From a virus (lineage: Duplodnaviria; Caudoviricetes), in the IMG/VR virus record IMGVR_UViG_3300025875_000028, positions 1-56,959 of that record: a stretch of 56,959 nt of DNA, one strand, 5' to 3'. The notes beneath the pieces are model-generated. The model ran no database searches, was not told the DNA's origin, and saw only the letters and a program-made list of their open reading frames with translations. A program made the translations under genes and the position numbers. Shown here piece by piece: positions 17,236 to 27,941 of this stretch. How positions within the stretch are numbered: position 1 is the first letter of the stretch; each line of letters starts with the position of its first letter.

Positions 17236-20200
17236 ATGCCTCCCCCGTACAGCGCCGGCTCAGTCTTCCTGCAGGTCGTCCCCTCCTTCGCGGGAGTGCA
17301 GGAGGAGATCGGACGCCGGGCCCGCTCCTACGGCCGAGCGTTCGGCGAGGAGTTCGACAAGGGCTTCGCCGAGGCCACCAAGGACGGCGTCGGCGAGGCG
17401 CTCGACGAGGGGATGAAGCGGGCCGGCCAGAAGGCGGGCGCTGCCGGTCAGCGCTCCGGTCGCGACTACGCCAAGGGCTTCGGCCGCGAGGCCGGTAAGA
17501 GCACTGAGCAGGAGATCGGCCGGGCGCTCGACCGCACCGGTCGCACCTCGGAGCGCGCCGGCGCCCAGGCGGGTAGGAAGTACGGCGGCAAGTTCGCCGA
17601 GTCGATCAAGAAGGCCCTCGCCGGCGCCCAGCGCGAGATCGACGCCATCAAGATCGACGCCGACACCGACCCGGCCCTCGCCGCGATCGGCCAGATCCGC
17701 GCCGCGATGGCCGCGCTCCGCGACGCGAAGATCGGCGTCGACCTCGACGCGGCCGATGCCGTCGCCTCGATCAGCGCGCTGGAAGCCCTGCTGGACATCA
17801 TCCAGCAGAACGCCGAGAGCATCCAGGTCCGGGTCGACGCGGCCCAGGCCATGACCCAGCTCGCGACCGTGCGCACGATGGTCGAGTCGCTCAACGAGAC
17901 CGTCGAGGTCGACCTGCAGGTCGACCGCAAGATGGGCACCTTCGAGAAGTCGCTCAAGGCTAAGGTCGCCGCGGCGCTCGACGACCTCCCCCCGGTTGAC
18001 CTGCAGGTCGACGACAGCGACGTCAACCAGAAGATCGCGGCCATCCGCGCCGAGCTCTTCCGCCTCGGCGACGCCCAGATCAACGTCGACATGAGCACCG
18101 ACGAGGCGCTCATCCGGCTTCGCACCCTCATGTCCGAGCTCACCGAGCTGGACAGCCAGAGCGCCGACGTCGGCGTGCGCATCGACGCCGCCGCGGCCTA
18201 CCGCGAGCTGGCCACCGTCTTCGGCATGGTCGAGGCGCTGGAAGCTCAGGACGTCGACATCGACGTGGACGTCGACAGCGCTCGGGCCCGCGGCGCGCTG
18301 CGCGACGTCGGCAACGAGTCCCGCCGCGCCGGCGGCAACGGCCAGGACGCCGCCAACGCCTTCCGCGCCTTCAACATCGCCATCCTGGGCGCCGTCACTC
18401 TCGGCCCGGCCCTGATCCCCGTCCTGGGGGCCATCGCGGGCGGCCTGATGGCCCTCGGCCCGGCCGCCGCCGTCGGCATCGCCGGCATCGGCGTGCTCGC
18501 CCTCGGCTTCTCTGGCATCAGCGACGCCGTCGGGGCGCTCGGCGACGTCGAGAAGGACGCCGCCAAGGACACCGCCGCGGCGGCCAAGACCATGCGCAGC
18601 GCCTACAACAGCGTGCGCGACGCCCGGACGGCCCTGGCGCGGGCCCAGCAGTCCGCAGACGACGCCGCCGAGGACGCCGGCCGCCGGGTCGACGACGCCC
18701 TCCGTGGTCAGGTCCGCGCCGAGGAGCGCTACCGCGAGGCCGTCGAGAAGTCCATCGACGCGCAGCGCGAGCTCGTCGACGCCCGACAGGAGTCGGCCGA
18801 CCAGCTCGAAGACCTCACCCTCCGGGCCCGCGGTGCGGCGCTGTCCGAGGAGGAGGCGCAGCTGCGGCTCGCCCAGGCCCAGGCCGAGTACATCACCACG
18901 ATGCAGGACGGCTCGGCGACCTACGAGGAGCGCGAGGAGGCCAGCCTCGCCGCCCGGCGCGCGCAGCTGTCCTACGACCAGGCGGTCAAGGACAACCTCG
19001 ATCTGCAGGAGGAGCAGGCCAAGGCCACCGAGACCGGCATCGAGGGCACCGAGACCTACCAGCAGGCCCTTGAGCGGGTGGCTGGCGCGAACGACGCTGT
19101 CGCCGACGCACAGACCGGCGTCGAGGATGCCGCCCGCGACGTCGCCGAGGCGCAGGAGGCCGCGGCCCGCAGCCAGCGTGACTCCGCGCAGTCCATCGCC
19201 GACGCCACCCAGCGCCTCGTCGACGCCCAGATCAGCTACCAGGAGGCGCTCTACGACACCTCCGTGATCGGCAGCTCGGCCAACCAGAAGCTGCAGGAGT
19301 CCTTCGCCAACCTCGGCCCCGAGGGGCAGGAGTTCGCCCGCTTCATCCACGGCCTGCGCGACGACGTGCTCGAGCTGCGCACCGTGGCCCAGGCCGGACT
19401 CCTCCCGGGCGTGCAGGAGGGCATCCAGTCCTTCCTCGACGGCAGCGGCGACGAGCTGCTCACCTTCGTCGGTGGGATGTCGCAGGCCTTCGGTGATCTG
19501 GCGGCTCGTGCTGGTGAGGCACTCGGCAACCCCGAGTGGCAGGCCTTCTTCGACCTGATGAACGTCTACGGGCCGATCTTCGTCGAGCAGTGGGGTGCGA
19601 TCTTCGGCAACATCATCGAGGGCATCCGCAACGTCCTCACCGCGCTGTTCCCGTTCACCGAAGAGCTCGGCGGTGGACTCGTCGACATCACCCAGAAGTG
19701 GGCCGACTGGACTGCCGGGTTCTCCGACCCCAACAGCGGCTTCCAGGGCTTCATCCAGTGGGTCCGCGACAATGCGCCGGCCGTCCTCGAGTTCTTCTCC
19801 AACCTCTTTGGTGCGCTCCGCAACATCGTCGTCGCGCTCGCCCCCTTCGGCGCCATCGTCCTCGGCGTCCTCGACGCCATCCTCGGGGTCATCGAGGAGA
19901 TGGACCCCGACGTGCTCGGGTCCGTCGCCATCGCGATCCTCGCGATCGTCACCGCCTTCCAGCTGTTCAACGGCGTCATCGCCCTGGTCGCCGGCGTGAT
20001 GAACATCCTCGCCTTCGGCGCCATCGCCGCCGTCGTCTTCGGCGTCGTCCTGCTCGGCGCCGCACTGGTCATCCTGTGGACCCAGAGCGAGACCTTCCGC
20101 TCGATCGTGCTGGCCGTCTGGGACGCCATCAAGGCCGGGGTCGCCTTCGTCGTCGACTGGTTCCAGACCTCGGTCGTGCCGATCCTGCAGGAAGTCTGGG

Positions 20201-22299
20201 ACGGCATCGCCGCCGGCGCGAGCTGGCTGTGGGAGAACATCCTCAAGCCGATCTTCGAGGTCTGGCAGGTCGCGTGGGGCGTCCTGTGGGACTTCGTCAA
20301 GGACGCCTGGGAGCGGGTCGGTCAGCCGGCCTTCGAGCTGATCTGGACGATCGCGCAGGAGCTCTGGCAGATCGTCGAGCCGATCCTGACGCTGATCGGC
20401 ATCGGCTTCAAGCTGCTCTGGGACCTCGTCAAGACGTACTGGGAGTTCATCGGCAAGCCGATCTTCGACGCCTTCATCGCGATCGTGAAGTTCCTGTGGG
20501 AGAACGTCATCGGCCCGATCCTGGGCTTCGTCGTCGACCGCTGGGAGTGGATGTTCGGCATCATCGAGTCCGCGTGGAACACCGTCGGCAAGCCCGTCTT
20601 CGATCTCCTGCAGGCGGTCGTCGAAGGGCTCGTGGGCGTCTTCCAGGGCAGCTTCGACGGCATCAAGGGGATCTGGGACGCGCTGGTCGCGGTCTTCAAG
20701 GCCCCGATCAAGTTCCTCGTCGAGACCGTGCTCAACGCCGGCCTGATCGGCGGCATCAACAGCATCGCCGGCATCTTCACCGACGACGACACGTGGATCG
20801 ACCCGATCAAGCTCCCTGAGGGCTTCGCCGTCGGTGGGCAGATCCCCGGCAGCGCGCCGCACAAGCGCGCCGACAACGTCCTCATCCGGGCTACCCCCGG
20901 CGAGTTCATGCAGCAGGTCGACGCCGTCGACTACTACGGCGTCGACTTCATGCAGGCCCTCAACGAGCGCCGCATCCCCCGCGAGATGCTGCTCCCCGGC
21001 TTCGCCTACGGCGGCATGATCGACCCGCTCTGGGATGCCGTCCGCAAGCACGACCCGCGGGCCCGCCTCACCAGTGGGTACCGACCGGGCGACCCCGGCC
21101 TGCACGGTCGCAAGATGGCCATCGACGTCGCCGGTGCGATGCCCTACCCGAACGCCACCGGGATGCGCCAGATGCTCGAGATGAACCACTGGCTCGCCGC
21201 GGCGTTCCCGAACCTGTCCGAGCTGATCCACACCGCCCCCGGTGCGATCAACCTCAAGAACGGCGACCCCCACCGCTACAGCCAGGCCACCCAGGACGAC
21301 CACCGCGACCACAACCACGTCGGCGCAACCAGTCTGGACGCGCTGACCGGGGGCACGGGGGTGGACGGCGGCGACTCCTGGTACGAGACGGCGTGGGACT
21401 TCATCAGCTCCCCCTTCGACACGCTGCAGAAGATCATCACCGATGCGGCCGGCGACCTGGGCAAGACCCAGATCGGGGAGATGCTGCTCAACATCCCGAC
21501 CGAGTTCGCGCGCAACATCATCGACCCGATGCTCGACTTCGTGAACGGCATCGTCGACGCGGCTGGCAACGTCATCAGCTCGATCGGCAACGGGATCAGC
21601 AACGCTGGCGACTTCCTCAACCCGTTCAACGACGGCGACGACAACAAGGGCCGCCTCATCGAGAAGCCCGACACCGCCGCCGTCCGAGGCATCGTGCAGG
21701 ACGTCGCCGCCCAGCGCGGCTGGGACACCGGAGCGCAGTGGAGCGCGCTGTCCACCCTCATCAGCAAGGAGAGCAGCTGGAACCCCGGCGCCGACAACCC
21801 GACGTCGACGGCCTACGGGCTCTTCCAGTTCCTCGACTCGACCTGGCGGGGCACTGGCTACGCCCGGACGTCGGACCCCCGCACGCAGGCGCTCGCCGGG
21901 ATGCAGTACATCGCCTCCCGGTACGGCAACCCGCTGGCCGCCCTCAACTTCCACAAGGCGAACAACTGGTACGCCGACGGAGGACTGGTCGGCGAGGGCG
22001 GCGAGCACGCAGACGGCGTCGTCAACGCCTCGCTGTACGACGAGGGCGGCTACCTCCCCCCGGGCCTGACGATGGTGCTCAACGCCACCGGCAAGCCCGA
22101 GCCCGTCCTCACCGCGGCCGAGCTCGAGCAGATCCGCGAAGGCTCCCTCGGCGGCAACAGCGACGGTGACCGGCCCTACATCGGTAGTCTCACCCTGCCG
22201 ATGGTGGCCGCGAACCCGCACGAGGCAGCCGACCAGATCATGCACGAGGTCAAGGTCGCCGCGAACGGTGGCCGCTACGCCCCCGCCCCGACCCCCTGA
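17236..22299 (+). CDS. Tape measure protein with C-terminal cell-wall hydrolase-like domains
   Basis: 1687 aa; coiled-coil and Trp-periodic repeats; KESSWNP...AYGLFQF lytic transglycosylase motif. Confidence 0.95.
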   Translation: MPPPYSAGSVFLQVVPSFAGVQEEIGRRARSYGRAFGEEFDKGFAEATKDGVGEALDEGMKRAGQKAGAAGQRSGRDYAKGFGREAGKSTEQEIGRALDRTGRTSERAGAQAGRKYGGKFAESIKKALAGAQREIDAIKIDADTDPALAAIGQIRAAMAALRDAKIGVDLDAADAVASISALEALLDIIQQNAESIQVRVDAAQAMTQLATVRTMVESLNETVEVDLQVDRKMGTFEKSLKAKVAAALDDLPPVDLQVDDSDVNQKIAAIRAELFRLGDAQINVDMSTDEALIRLRTLMSELTELDSQSADVGVRIDAAAAYRELATVFGMVEALEAQDVDIDVDVDSARARGALRDVGNESRRAGGNGQDAANAFRAFNIAILGAVTLGPALIPVLGAIAGGLMALGPAAAVGIAGIGVLALGFSGISDAVGALGDVEKDAAKDTAAAAKTMRSAYNSVRDARTALARAQQSADDAAEDAGRRVDDALRGQVRAEERYREAVEKSIDAQRELVDARQESADQLEDLTLRARGAALSEEEAQLRLAQAQAEYITTMQDGSATYEEREEASLAARRAQLSYDQAVKDNLDLQEEQAKATETGIEGTETYQQALERVAGANDAVADAQTGVEDAARDVAEAQEAAARSQRDSAQSIADATQRLVDAQISYQEALYDTSVIGSSANQKLQESFANLGPEGQEFARFIHGLRDDVLELRTVAQAGLLPGVQEGIQSFLDGSGDELLTFVGGMSQAFGDLAARAGEALGNPEWQAFFDLMNVYGPIFVEQWGAIFGNIIEGIRNVLTALFPFTEELGGGLVDITQKWADWTAGFSDPNSGFQGFIQWVRDNAPAVLEFFSNLFGALRNIVVALAPFGAIVLGVLDAILGVIEEMDPDVLGSVAIAILAIVTAFQLFNGVIALVAGVMNILAFGAIAAVVFGVVLLGAALVILWTQSETFRSIVLAVWDAIKAGVAFVVDWFQTSVVPILQEVWDGIAAGASWLWENILKPIFEVWQVAWGVLWDFVKDAWERVGQPAFELIWTIAQELWQIVEPILTLIGIGFKLLWDLVKTYWEFIGKPIFDAFIAIVKFLWENVIGPILGFVVDRWEWMFGIIESAWNTVGKPVFDLLQAVVEGLVGVFQGSFDGIKGIWDALVAVFKAPIKFLVETVLNAGLIGGINSIAGIFTDDDTWIDPIKLPEGFAVGGQIPGSAPHKRADNVLIRATPGEFMQQVDAVDYYGVDFMQALNERRIPREMLLPGFAYGGMIDPLWDAVRKHDPRARLTSGYRPGDPGLHGRKMAIDVAGAMPYPNATGMRQMLEMNHWLAAAFPNLSELIHTAPGAINLKNGDPHRYSQATQDDHRDHNHVGATSLDALTGGTGVDGGDSWYETAWDFISSPFDTLQKIITDAAGDLGKTQIGEMLLNIPTEFARNIIDPMLDFVNGIVDAAGNVISSIGNGISNAGDFLNPFNDGDDNKGRLIEKPDTAAVRGIVQDVAAQRGWDTGAQWSALSTLISKESSWNPGADNPTSTAYGLFQFLDSTWRGTGYARTSDPRTQALAGMQYIASRYGNPLAALNFHKANNWYADGGLVGEGGEHADGVVNASLYDEGGYLPPGLTMVLNATGKPEPVLTAAELEQIREGSLGGNSDGDRPYIGSLTLPMVAANPHEAADQIMHEVKVAANGGRYAPAPTP

Positions 22300-22311
22300 C
22301 GAGGAGCCGAC

Positions 22312-22581
22312 ATGGCCAACCCCGAGTACCTGTTCGCGATCCAGGCCGAGACCGGACACGAGGTCGTCTCGTGGAAGACGACCGACGTCGACAAGGTCAG
22401 CGAGGTCACTGCAGAGCTGCGCACCGACGAGCACGAGAAGATCGCGCGCATCCTGCACCGCGGCGAGCCCGTCGCCTACGCCAACGCCGGCGGCTACGTC
22501 GGCGAGCTCACCCTGATGCGCTGGACCGCCGACGACAAGCTGGCCGACCCGGTCAAGCACCCTGTCGTCCTGGTGGACTGA
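22312..22581 (+). CDS. Hypothetical protein
   Basis: GAGGAG RBS; 89 aa. Confidence 0.7.
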   Translation: MANPEYLFAIQAETGHEVVSWKTTDVDKVSEVTAELRTDEHEKIARILHRGEPVAYANAGGYVGELTLMRWTADDKLADPVKHPVVLVD

Positions 22582-22587
22582 CCCCTC

Positions 22588-23502
22588 ATGGACCCGGTGC
22601 TCGCGGAGAAGCAGTACGAGCTCGGAGGCGTCGTCTTCGGGCTCGGCTGTCCGGTCGCCGTCAAGGAGGACGGCTTCGCCCCCGGCTCCCCGGCGCTGCG
22701 CACCGCGGACAAGGAGCGTCCGGTCAGCGACGGCATCCGCGTCGGCCGCACCCGCCTGGGTGCGGCCACGTGGGGCTTCACCCTGTTCACCACCGCCCAG
22801 GGCGACGGCGGCGACGCCGACCCGGAGATCGAGGCCTGGGACGCCGTCTCCGAGCTCGCCGACGCCTGGGCGGGCGACGAGGTGCGCGACCAGCCCGAGA
22901 CGGTCATGCCTCTGCGCTACCGGATCGCAGGGCAGACCCGCCGCGTCTACGGTCAGCCGCGGCGCTGGCAGCCCACGACGAACAACCTGAGCCTCTACGG
23001 ACGCATCGACGTCGTCGCCGACTTCACCGTCGTCGACCCCCTGATCTACGACGACGAGCTGCAGACGCAAGAGGTCGCAGTCGCGCCACCCCAGGACACC
23101 TCGGGCGGCCTCCGGGTCCCCTTTCGGCCGCCGGCCCGACTTCGCCGCGGCGCCGGGACTCGCCAGAGCCGCATCCTCATCGGCGGCACCAAGCCAACCC
23201 CGATCTCGCTCACCTTCAACGGCCCGCTCGGCGCTGGCGCCAAGGTCGTCACCTCGCAGTGGACCGCGCAGCTCGAAGAGCCGGTGGCCAGCGACGACCC
23301 CGTCACCATCGACGCCTCGCCCTGGGCTCGCTCGGTCACCAAGCGCTCCGGTGGCGGCGTGCGAGTCGCTCCCCGGATCACCCGCATCTCGAAGATGCTG
23401 CTTCCGCCGGGCTTCCACGACATCACCTTCATCGGCGCCGATCCCTCGGGCGCCGCGAGCGTCACGGTAGCCTGGCGCAACGCCCGACGATCCGTCCGAT
23501 AG
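22588..23502 (+). CDS. Minor tail protein (distal tail-like)
   Basis: Gene order after TMP; RRVYGQPRR motif. Confidence 0.75.
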   Translation: MDPVLAEKQYELGGVVFGLGCPVAVKEDGFAPGSPALRTADKERPVSDGIRVGRTRLGAATWGFTLFTTAQGDGGDADPEIEAWDAVSELADAWAGDEVRDQPETVMPLRYRIAGQTRRVYGQPRRWQPTTNNLSLYGRIDVVADFTVVDPLIYDDELQTQEVAVAPPQDTSGGLRVPFRPPARLRRGAGTRQSRILIGGTKPTPISLTFNGPLGAGAKVVTSQWTAQLEEPVASDDPVTIDASPWARSVTKRSGGGVRVAPRITRISKMLLPPGFHDITFIGADPSGAASVTVAWRNARRSVR

Positions 23503-23520
23503 AACGCGAGGACCGCACTC

Positions 23521-24513
23521 ATGGCCGATGACATCGGGTTCGACCCGGTCGCCTGGGCGATCAACGGCGGCGACATCGACGCCGACATCATGCGCGTCCT
23601 CGGCTACGCCTCCACGGGCGGGGCCGAGGGGGTCATCACCGCCGGCGACTGCCGCGTCCGACCGCTCGACGTCCCGGGTGCCGGCGTCGCGATCGACACG
23701 GGCGCCGTCGCCATCCGCAACGCCTCGGCCAACGTGCGGAACCAGACCTACATCGCCAACGGGCGTCGCCGGACCACACTGGACACCCTCGACACCGACT
23801 CGACCGGCGCCCGCAGTGACCTCGTCATCGTGCGCACCGAGGACCCCCAGTACGGTCCCTGGCCCGAGATCCCCGAAGAGGACGCGCCGGACTACCAGTA
23901 CGTGCGACCGACCATCATCCCCGGGGTCCCGCCGACCACCCGCAAGGCCAGCGAGCTCAACCTCGGCTACTCGGCCTACGCCCTCGCTCGCATCGACCGG
24001 CCCGCGTCGACCGGCACGGTGCTCGCCACCAACATCGTCGATCTGCGCAAGGTCGCCCGGCCACGGCGCGACCAGTACCTCGAGCGCTTCGACATCCAGT
24101 ACTCCCCCAACGACTCGGGGCCCGACTACAACGTCTGGGTGAAGTACCCCGACGTCCCCTTCGCCTACATCGAGATCCCCGACTACGCCGCCATCGCCAA
24201 GGTCAAGGCGTGGGTCATCGGCGCCCAGGTGCGCGACGCCGCGCTCGACGGCGCCTTCCGCTTCAAGTTCACCGGCGGCCAGCCGCAGGTCTCGGCCTAC
24301 AGCAAGGAGACCTACATCAACGAGCAGGTCCCCGGCGACAACCGGGCCGGACCCTACCTCGTCGGCTCCTCTGTCATCCTGCCTGCCGGCCTGCGCGGCG
24401 TCCTGGCGCAGTGCAACATCGAGTTCGTCCGCCGCAACGGCGGCGGCTTCATGCGCTCGCACTCCGACGTCCAGGTCGTCATCGAGATCGACTTCATCGA
24501 AGCGGCGAGCTGA
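23521..24513 (+). CDS. Minor tail protein
   Basis: RSDLVIVRTEDPQY...ALARI...IVDLRKVA motif of actinophage minor tail proteins. Confidence 0.8.
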   Translation: MADDIGFDPVAWAINGGDIDADIMRVLGYASTGGAEGVITAGDCRVRPLDVPGAGVAIDTGAVAIRNASANVRNQTYIANGRRRTTLDTLDTDSTGARSDLVIVRTEDPQYGPWPEIPEEDAPDYQYVRPTIIPGVPPTTRKASELNLGYSAYALARIDRPASTGTVLATNIVDLRKVARPRRDQYLERFDIQYSPNDSGPDYNVWVKYPDVPFAYIEIPDYAAIAKVKAWVIGAQVRDAALDGAFRFKFTGGQPQVSAYSKETYINEQVPGDNRAGPYLVGSSVILPAGLRGVLAQCNIEFVRRNGGGFMRSHSDVQVVIEIDFIEAAS

Positions 24514-24519
24514 CCCGTC

Positions 24520-25647
24520 GTGGACGACTGGAACTACCTCGCCGCCCGGATCGTAGGCGACGGGTCGATCGAGGTCGTCGAGACCGACCTCGACATCGAC
24601 ATCACCTCGATCGCGGGGAACCTCTCTGCGCCGCCGACCATGAGCGGGACCATCACCAACGAGATCAAGCGGCTCAAGAAGGACGGCCGGCCGATCTTCG
24701 AGCCGTGGAACACCGCCATCCTGGCCGAAGCCGATGGACAGCTGCGCGGCGGCGGGATCTACCGCAAGCCGACCTTCAACGGCTCCGAGTGGGAGCTCGA
24801 CATCGTCGGCTTCTCCGGCTACCCGCAGGGCATGATGTACGACGGCGCCCAGTACTTCGTCGAGGTCGACCCGCTCGACATCTTCCGGCACATCTGGACG
24901 CACCTGCAGAGTCAGCCGAACGGCAACCTCGGCGTCACCGTCGACCAGCTCAAGAGCCCGGTGCGCGTGGGCAAGGAGCTCGAGCAGGTGCAGTTCACCG
25001 CCGAGACCTCTCCGGGCGTGAGCGAGGTGGTCAGCTTCGAGGCCGGCCCGAAGAAGCTCAACTGGTACGACACCACCGATCTCGGCAAGGAGATCGACGA
25101 CTACGCGAAGTCGACCCCCTTCGACTGGCGCGAAGACGTGGCCTGGCGCGGCGACGAGGTCGGCGTCCACATCGCCCTCGGCTACCCGACCATCGGTACT
25201 CGGCGCAGCCACCTGACCGGTTTCGTGCTGGGCACCAACCTCGCTACGGAACCCTCCGTCGCCCAGGCCGACTACGTCAACGGGCTGCACGTCCTCGGCG
25301 CCGGAGAGGGCCGCGACGCCGTCCGCGGTTACGCTGGCGTCGCCGATGGCCGCCTGCGCCGCGTCAAGGTCGTCGAGGACAAGACCAAGAAGTCGAAGAC
25401 CGCGGCCAACGCCTACGCCGCCGAGGTGCTTGCCGCCACGCGCGGCCAGCTCACCATCGACACCCTCGACGTCTACGACCACCCGAACGCTCCCCTGCAA
25501 GGCATTCAGCTCGGCGACGAGTACCCGATCTTCGCCGAGATGGACTGGGCCACCGTCGACGGCTACGTCCGCGTCGTCGGCCGCGCCGACACCCCCGGCA
25601 AGAGCGACATGACCACCCTGACCGTGATTCGATCCACGACGCCATGA
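24520..25647 (+). CDS. Minor tail protein (baseplate hub-like)
   Basis: LGYPTIGTRR...VLGAGEG...LGD motifs; gene order. Confidence 0.75.
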   Translation: MDDWNYLAARIVGDGSIEVVETDLDIDITSIAGNLSAPPTMSGTITNEIKRLKKDGRPIFEPWNTAILAEADGQLRGGGIYRKPTFNGSEWELDIVGFSGYPQGMMYDGAQYFVEVDPLDIFRHIWTHLQSQPNGNLGVTVDQLKSPVRVGKELEQVQFTAETSPGVSEVVSFEAGPKKLNWYDTTDLGKEIDDYAKSTPFDWREDVAWRGDEVGVHIALGYPTIGTRRSHLTGFVLGTNLATEPSVAQADYVNGLHVLGAGEGRDAVRGYAGVADGRLRRVKVVEDKTKKSKTAANAYAAEVLAATRGQLTIDTLDVYDHPNAPLQGIQLGDEYPIFAEMDWATVDGYVRVVGRADTPGKSDMTTLTVIRSTTP

Positions 25648-27941
25648 ACAGCTACCAGGAGATCGCAGCTGCCATCGTCGAGCTGCGCCGCCAGGCGGGC
25701 GCTCGTGGGGGTCTCGCGCACTCCTCGCTCGAAGACGGCTCGATCAACGAGTACGACCGCGGCCAGCTCACCTCGACGATCGGCCGGCAGTTCGATGGCA
25801 CGCACGGCGTCGTCGTCGTCTCCGGGCCGATCCCCCCGACCCCGACCATGCCCACTGCCTACGGCGTCATCGGCGGCGTGGCGGTCGACTGGGACGGCCT
25901 GTGGGAGCTCGCCGCGGCCGACGCCGGCTTCGGGGACTTCGTCGAGCGGCCGACCGTCGCTCCGGGCGACTTCTCCCGGGTTGAGGCTCAGATTTGCACC
26001 GACCCAGCTTTCCCGGTCGGTGCAGCCATCCAGTACCGCTCCATCGAGAGCCCCCGCGGCGGCGGCGTCATCTTCCCGCTGCCGGTCGGCCCGAACGTCT
26101 ACGCCCGCCTCGTCGCCCGCACGCTGCCGGGCAAGACCTCGCTCCCCAGCGTCGTCGCCGGCCCGATCTCGGCCCTGCAGGTCACCGCCGACGACCTCGA
26201 CGTCGACCTCTCCGAGCTCGGCGGCAATCACGTCTTCTACGGCCCCGACGAGCCCGAGGCCATCGTCGACGGCGACCTGTGGCTCAAGACCCCGGAGAAC
26301 GTCGTCTACGGCTGGTCGGACGCGGCCGGAGTCTGGACCGTCTACCGCGACCAGGGCATCGCCGAGGCGCTGCAGGCAGCCGAGGACGCCACGACAGCTG
26401 CGCAGGCCGCCACGGACGCCGCAGCGGGCGCCAGCACCCTCGCGGGGCAGGCCAAGACCGCCGCCGACTCCAAGGTCACCATCTACCGCCAGGCGACGGC
26501 ACCCACCGGCGGGACCTACAAGGTCAACGGCGACCTCTGGATCGACTCCGACGACGGCATCGTCTACTACGCCAGCACGACCGCGGGCGGGTGGCTGGCG
26601 ACTCCTGACCAGCGCATCGCCACGGCTCTCACCAACGCGGGGGCTGCGCAGACCACCGCGGCTAGCAAGACCACCGTGTTCGCCCAGACCTCGGCGCCGG
26701 CCACCACGGGGCGCACCGTCGGCGACCTCTGGATCGACACCGACGACTCCAACACGATCTACGACTGGCCCACCGCCGGCGGCTGGACGAAGCGCGCCCT
26801 CGGCGCCACCGCGCTCAACGTGACCGCCCGCCAGATCGGCGGCATCACCACCTACTTCCAGACCACCCAGCCCGCCAGCGGGATGCTCGCCGGTGACCTC
26901 TGGATCGACACCGACGACAACAACCGGACGTACCGCTACGGCACCAGCTGGACCGTCGCCGAAGACCAGCGCATCGGTACCGCGCTCAGCACGGCCACGA
27001 CCGCCAACACCGCCGTCGCTACCAAGATCACCACCTTCGCGCAGACCAGCCCGCCGAGCACGACCGGCCGCACCGCGGGCGACGTCTGGATCGACACCGA
27101 CGCCGGCAACACGATCTACACGTGGACCGGAGCATGGACGATCCGCCCGCTCGGCGGCGGGGCGCTCAACCTCACCGTGCCCTTCGACAAGGTCGAGGGC
27201 GACGGCCGGGACAGCATCTCCCTCGGCGCCGACCTCCCTCCCGAGCTCAAGGGTTACCTCGATACCGCGCTGTTCTTCCGCGCCGGGAGCTACACCGCCG
27301 CCGGCACGTACATGAAGGTCAAGTACTTCGGGATGGGCTCGAAGGGCACGCTGTTCTTCCAGTTCGTCTACGTCGAGAACTACAAGAACGTCGCCGGCAA
27401 CCACCAGCTCATCAACCTGTCGAGCTTCCTCTTCGACGACGACTACACCCTGCTCACCCAGATCGGTCCGATCTCCAACAGCGGCGTCGACGTCTCCTCG
27501 CTGGTCTGGATCTCCGACAACCAGTTCCTCATGGCGCAGGGCGAGTTCGGCAACCGCCATGTCGTCTGGACCGACCGCAACTACTTCCGCGACTGGGACG
27601 ACCCGGGCGGCAACGTCGTCTACACCCCCGAGTACGAGCCGGTCAGCGCTCGCCTGCTGCCGACCGGCACCGTGCGCGTCACCGGGTTGGTCAAGGTCGT
27701 CCAGCCCATCCAGCGCAACCTCGGTCGGATCATGTTCACGCTGGACCCCAACTTCCGGCCGCAGTACCACCTCCTGCGCTGGTGCAAGGTCTCTCAGTCG
27801 AGCGGCTATGGCGCCAAGGAGGTCCGCATCGACGTCTACCCTGATGGCAACGTGCAGCTCAACACCGGCAGCGACTCCGTGCACGCTGGCGCCTACCTCC
27901 AGCTGGACCTCGAGTTCGACCAGAAGGGGGTACCGCGATGA
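25644..27941 (+). CDS. Tail fibre / receptor-binding protein with internal repeats
   Basis: Five GD(L/V)W repeats (GDLWIDTDD type); about 765 aa. Confidence 0.8.
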   Translation: MNSYQEIAAAIVELRRQAGARGGLAHSSLEDGSINEYDRGQLTSTIGRQFDGTHGVVVVSGPIPPTPTMPTAYGVIGGVAVDWDGLWELAAADAGFGDFVERPTVAPGDFSRVEAQICTDPAFPVGAAIQYRSIESPRGGGVIFPLPVGPNVYARLVARTLPGKTSLPSVVAGPISALQVTADDLDVDLSELGGNHVFYGPDEPEAIVDGDLWLKTPENVVYGWSDAAGVWTVYRDQGIAEALQAAEDATTAAQAATDAAAGASTLAGQAKTAADSKVTIYRQATAPTGGTYKVNGDLWIDSDDGIVYYASTTAGGWLATPDQRIATALTNAGAAQTTAASKTTVFAQTSAPATTGRTVGDLWIDTDDSNTIYDWPTAGGWTKRALGATALNVTARQIGGITTYFQTTQPASGMLAGDLWIDTDDNNRTYRYGTSWTVAEDQRIGTALSTATTANTAVATKITTFAQTSPPSTTGRTAGDVWIDTDAGNTIYTWTGAWTIRPLGGGALNLTVPFDKVEGDGRDSISLGADLPPELKGYLDTALFFRAGSYTAAGTYMKVKYFGMGSKGTLFFQFVYVENYKNVAGNHQLINLSSFLFDDDYTLLTQIGPISNSGVDVSSLVWISDNQFLMAQGEFGNRHVVWTDRNYFRDWDDPGGNVVYTPEYEPVSARLLPTGTVRVTGLVKVVQPIQRNLGRIMFTLDPNFRPQYHLLRWCKVSQSSGYGAKEVRIDVYPDGNVQLNTGSDSVHAGAYLQLDLEFDQKGVPR

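Noticed and set aside
17260-25500. 2746-aa minus-strand ORF and other long antisense ORFs
   Set aside because: Shadow frames of high-GC3 genes on the opposite strand; no motifs or RBS
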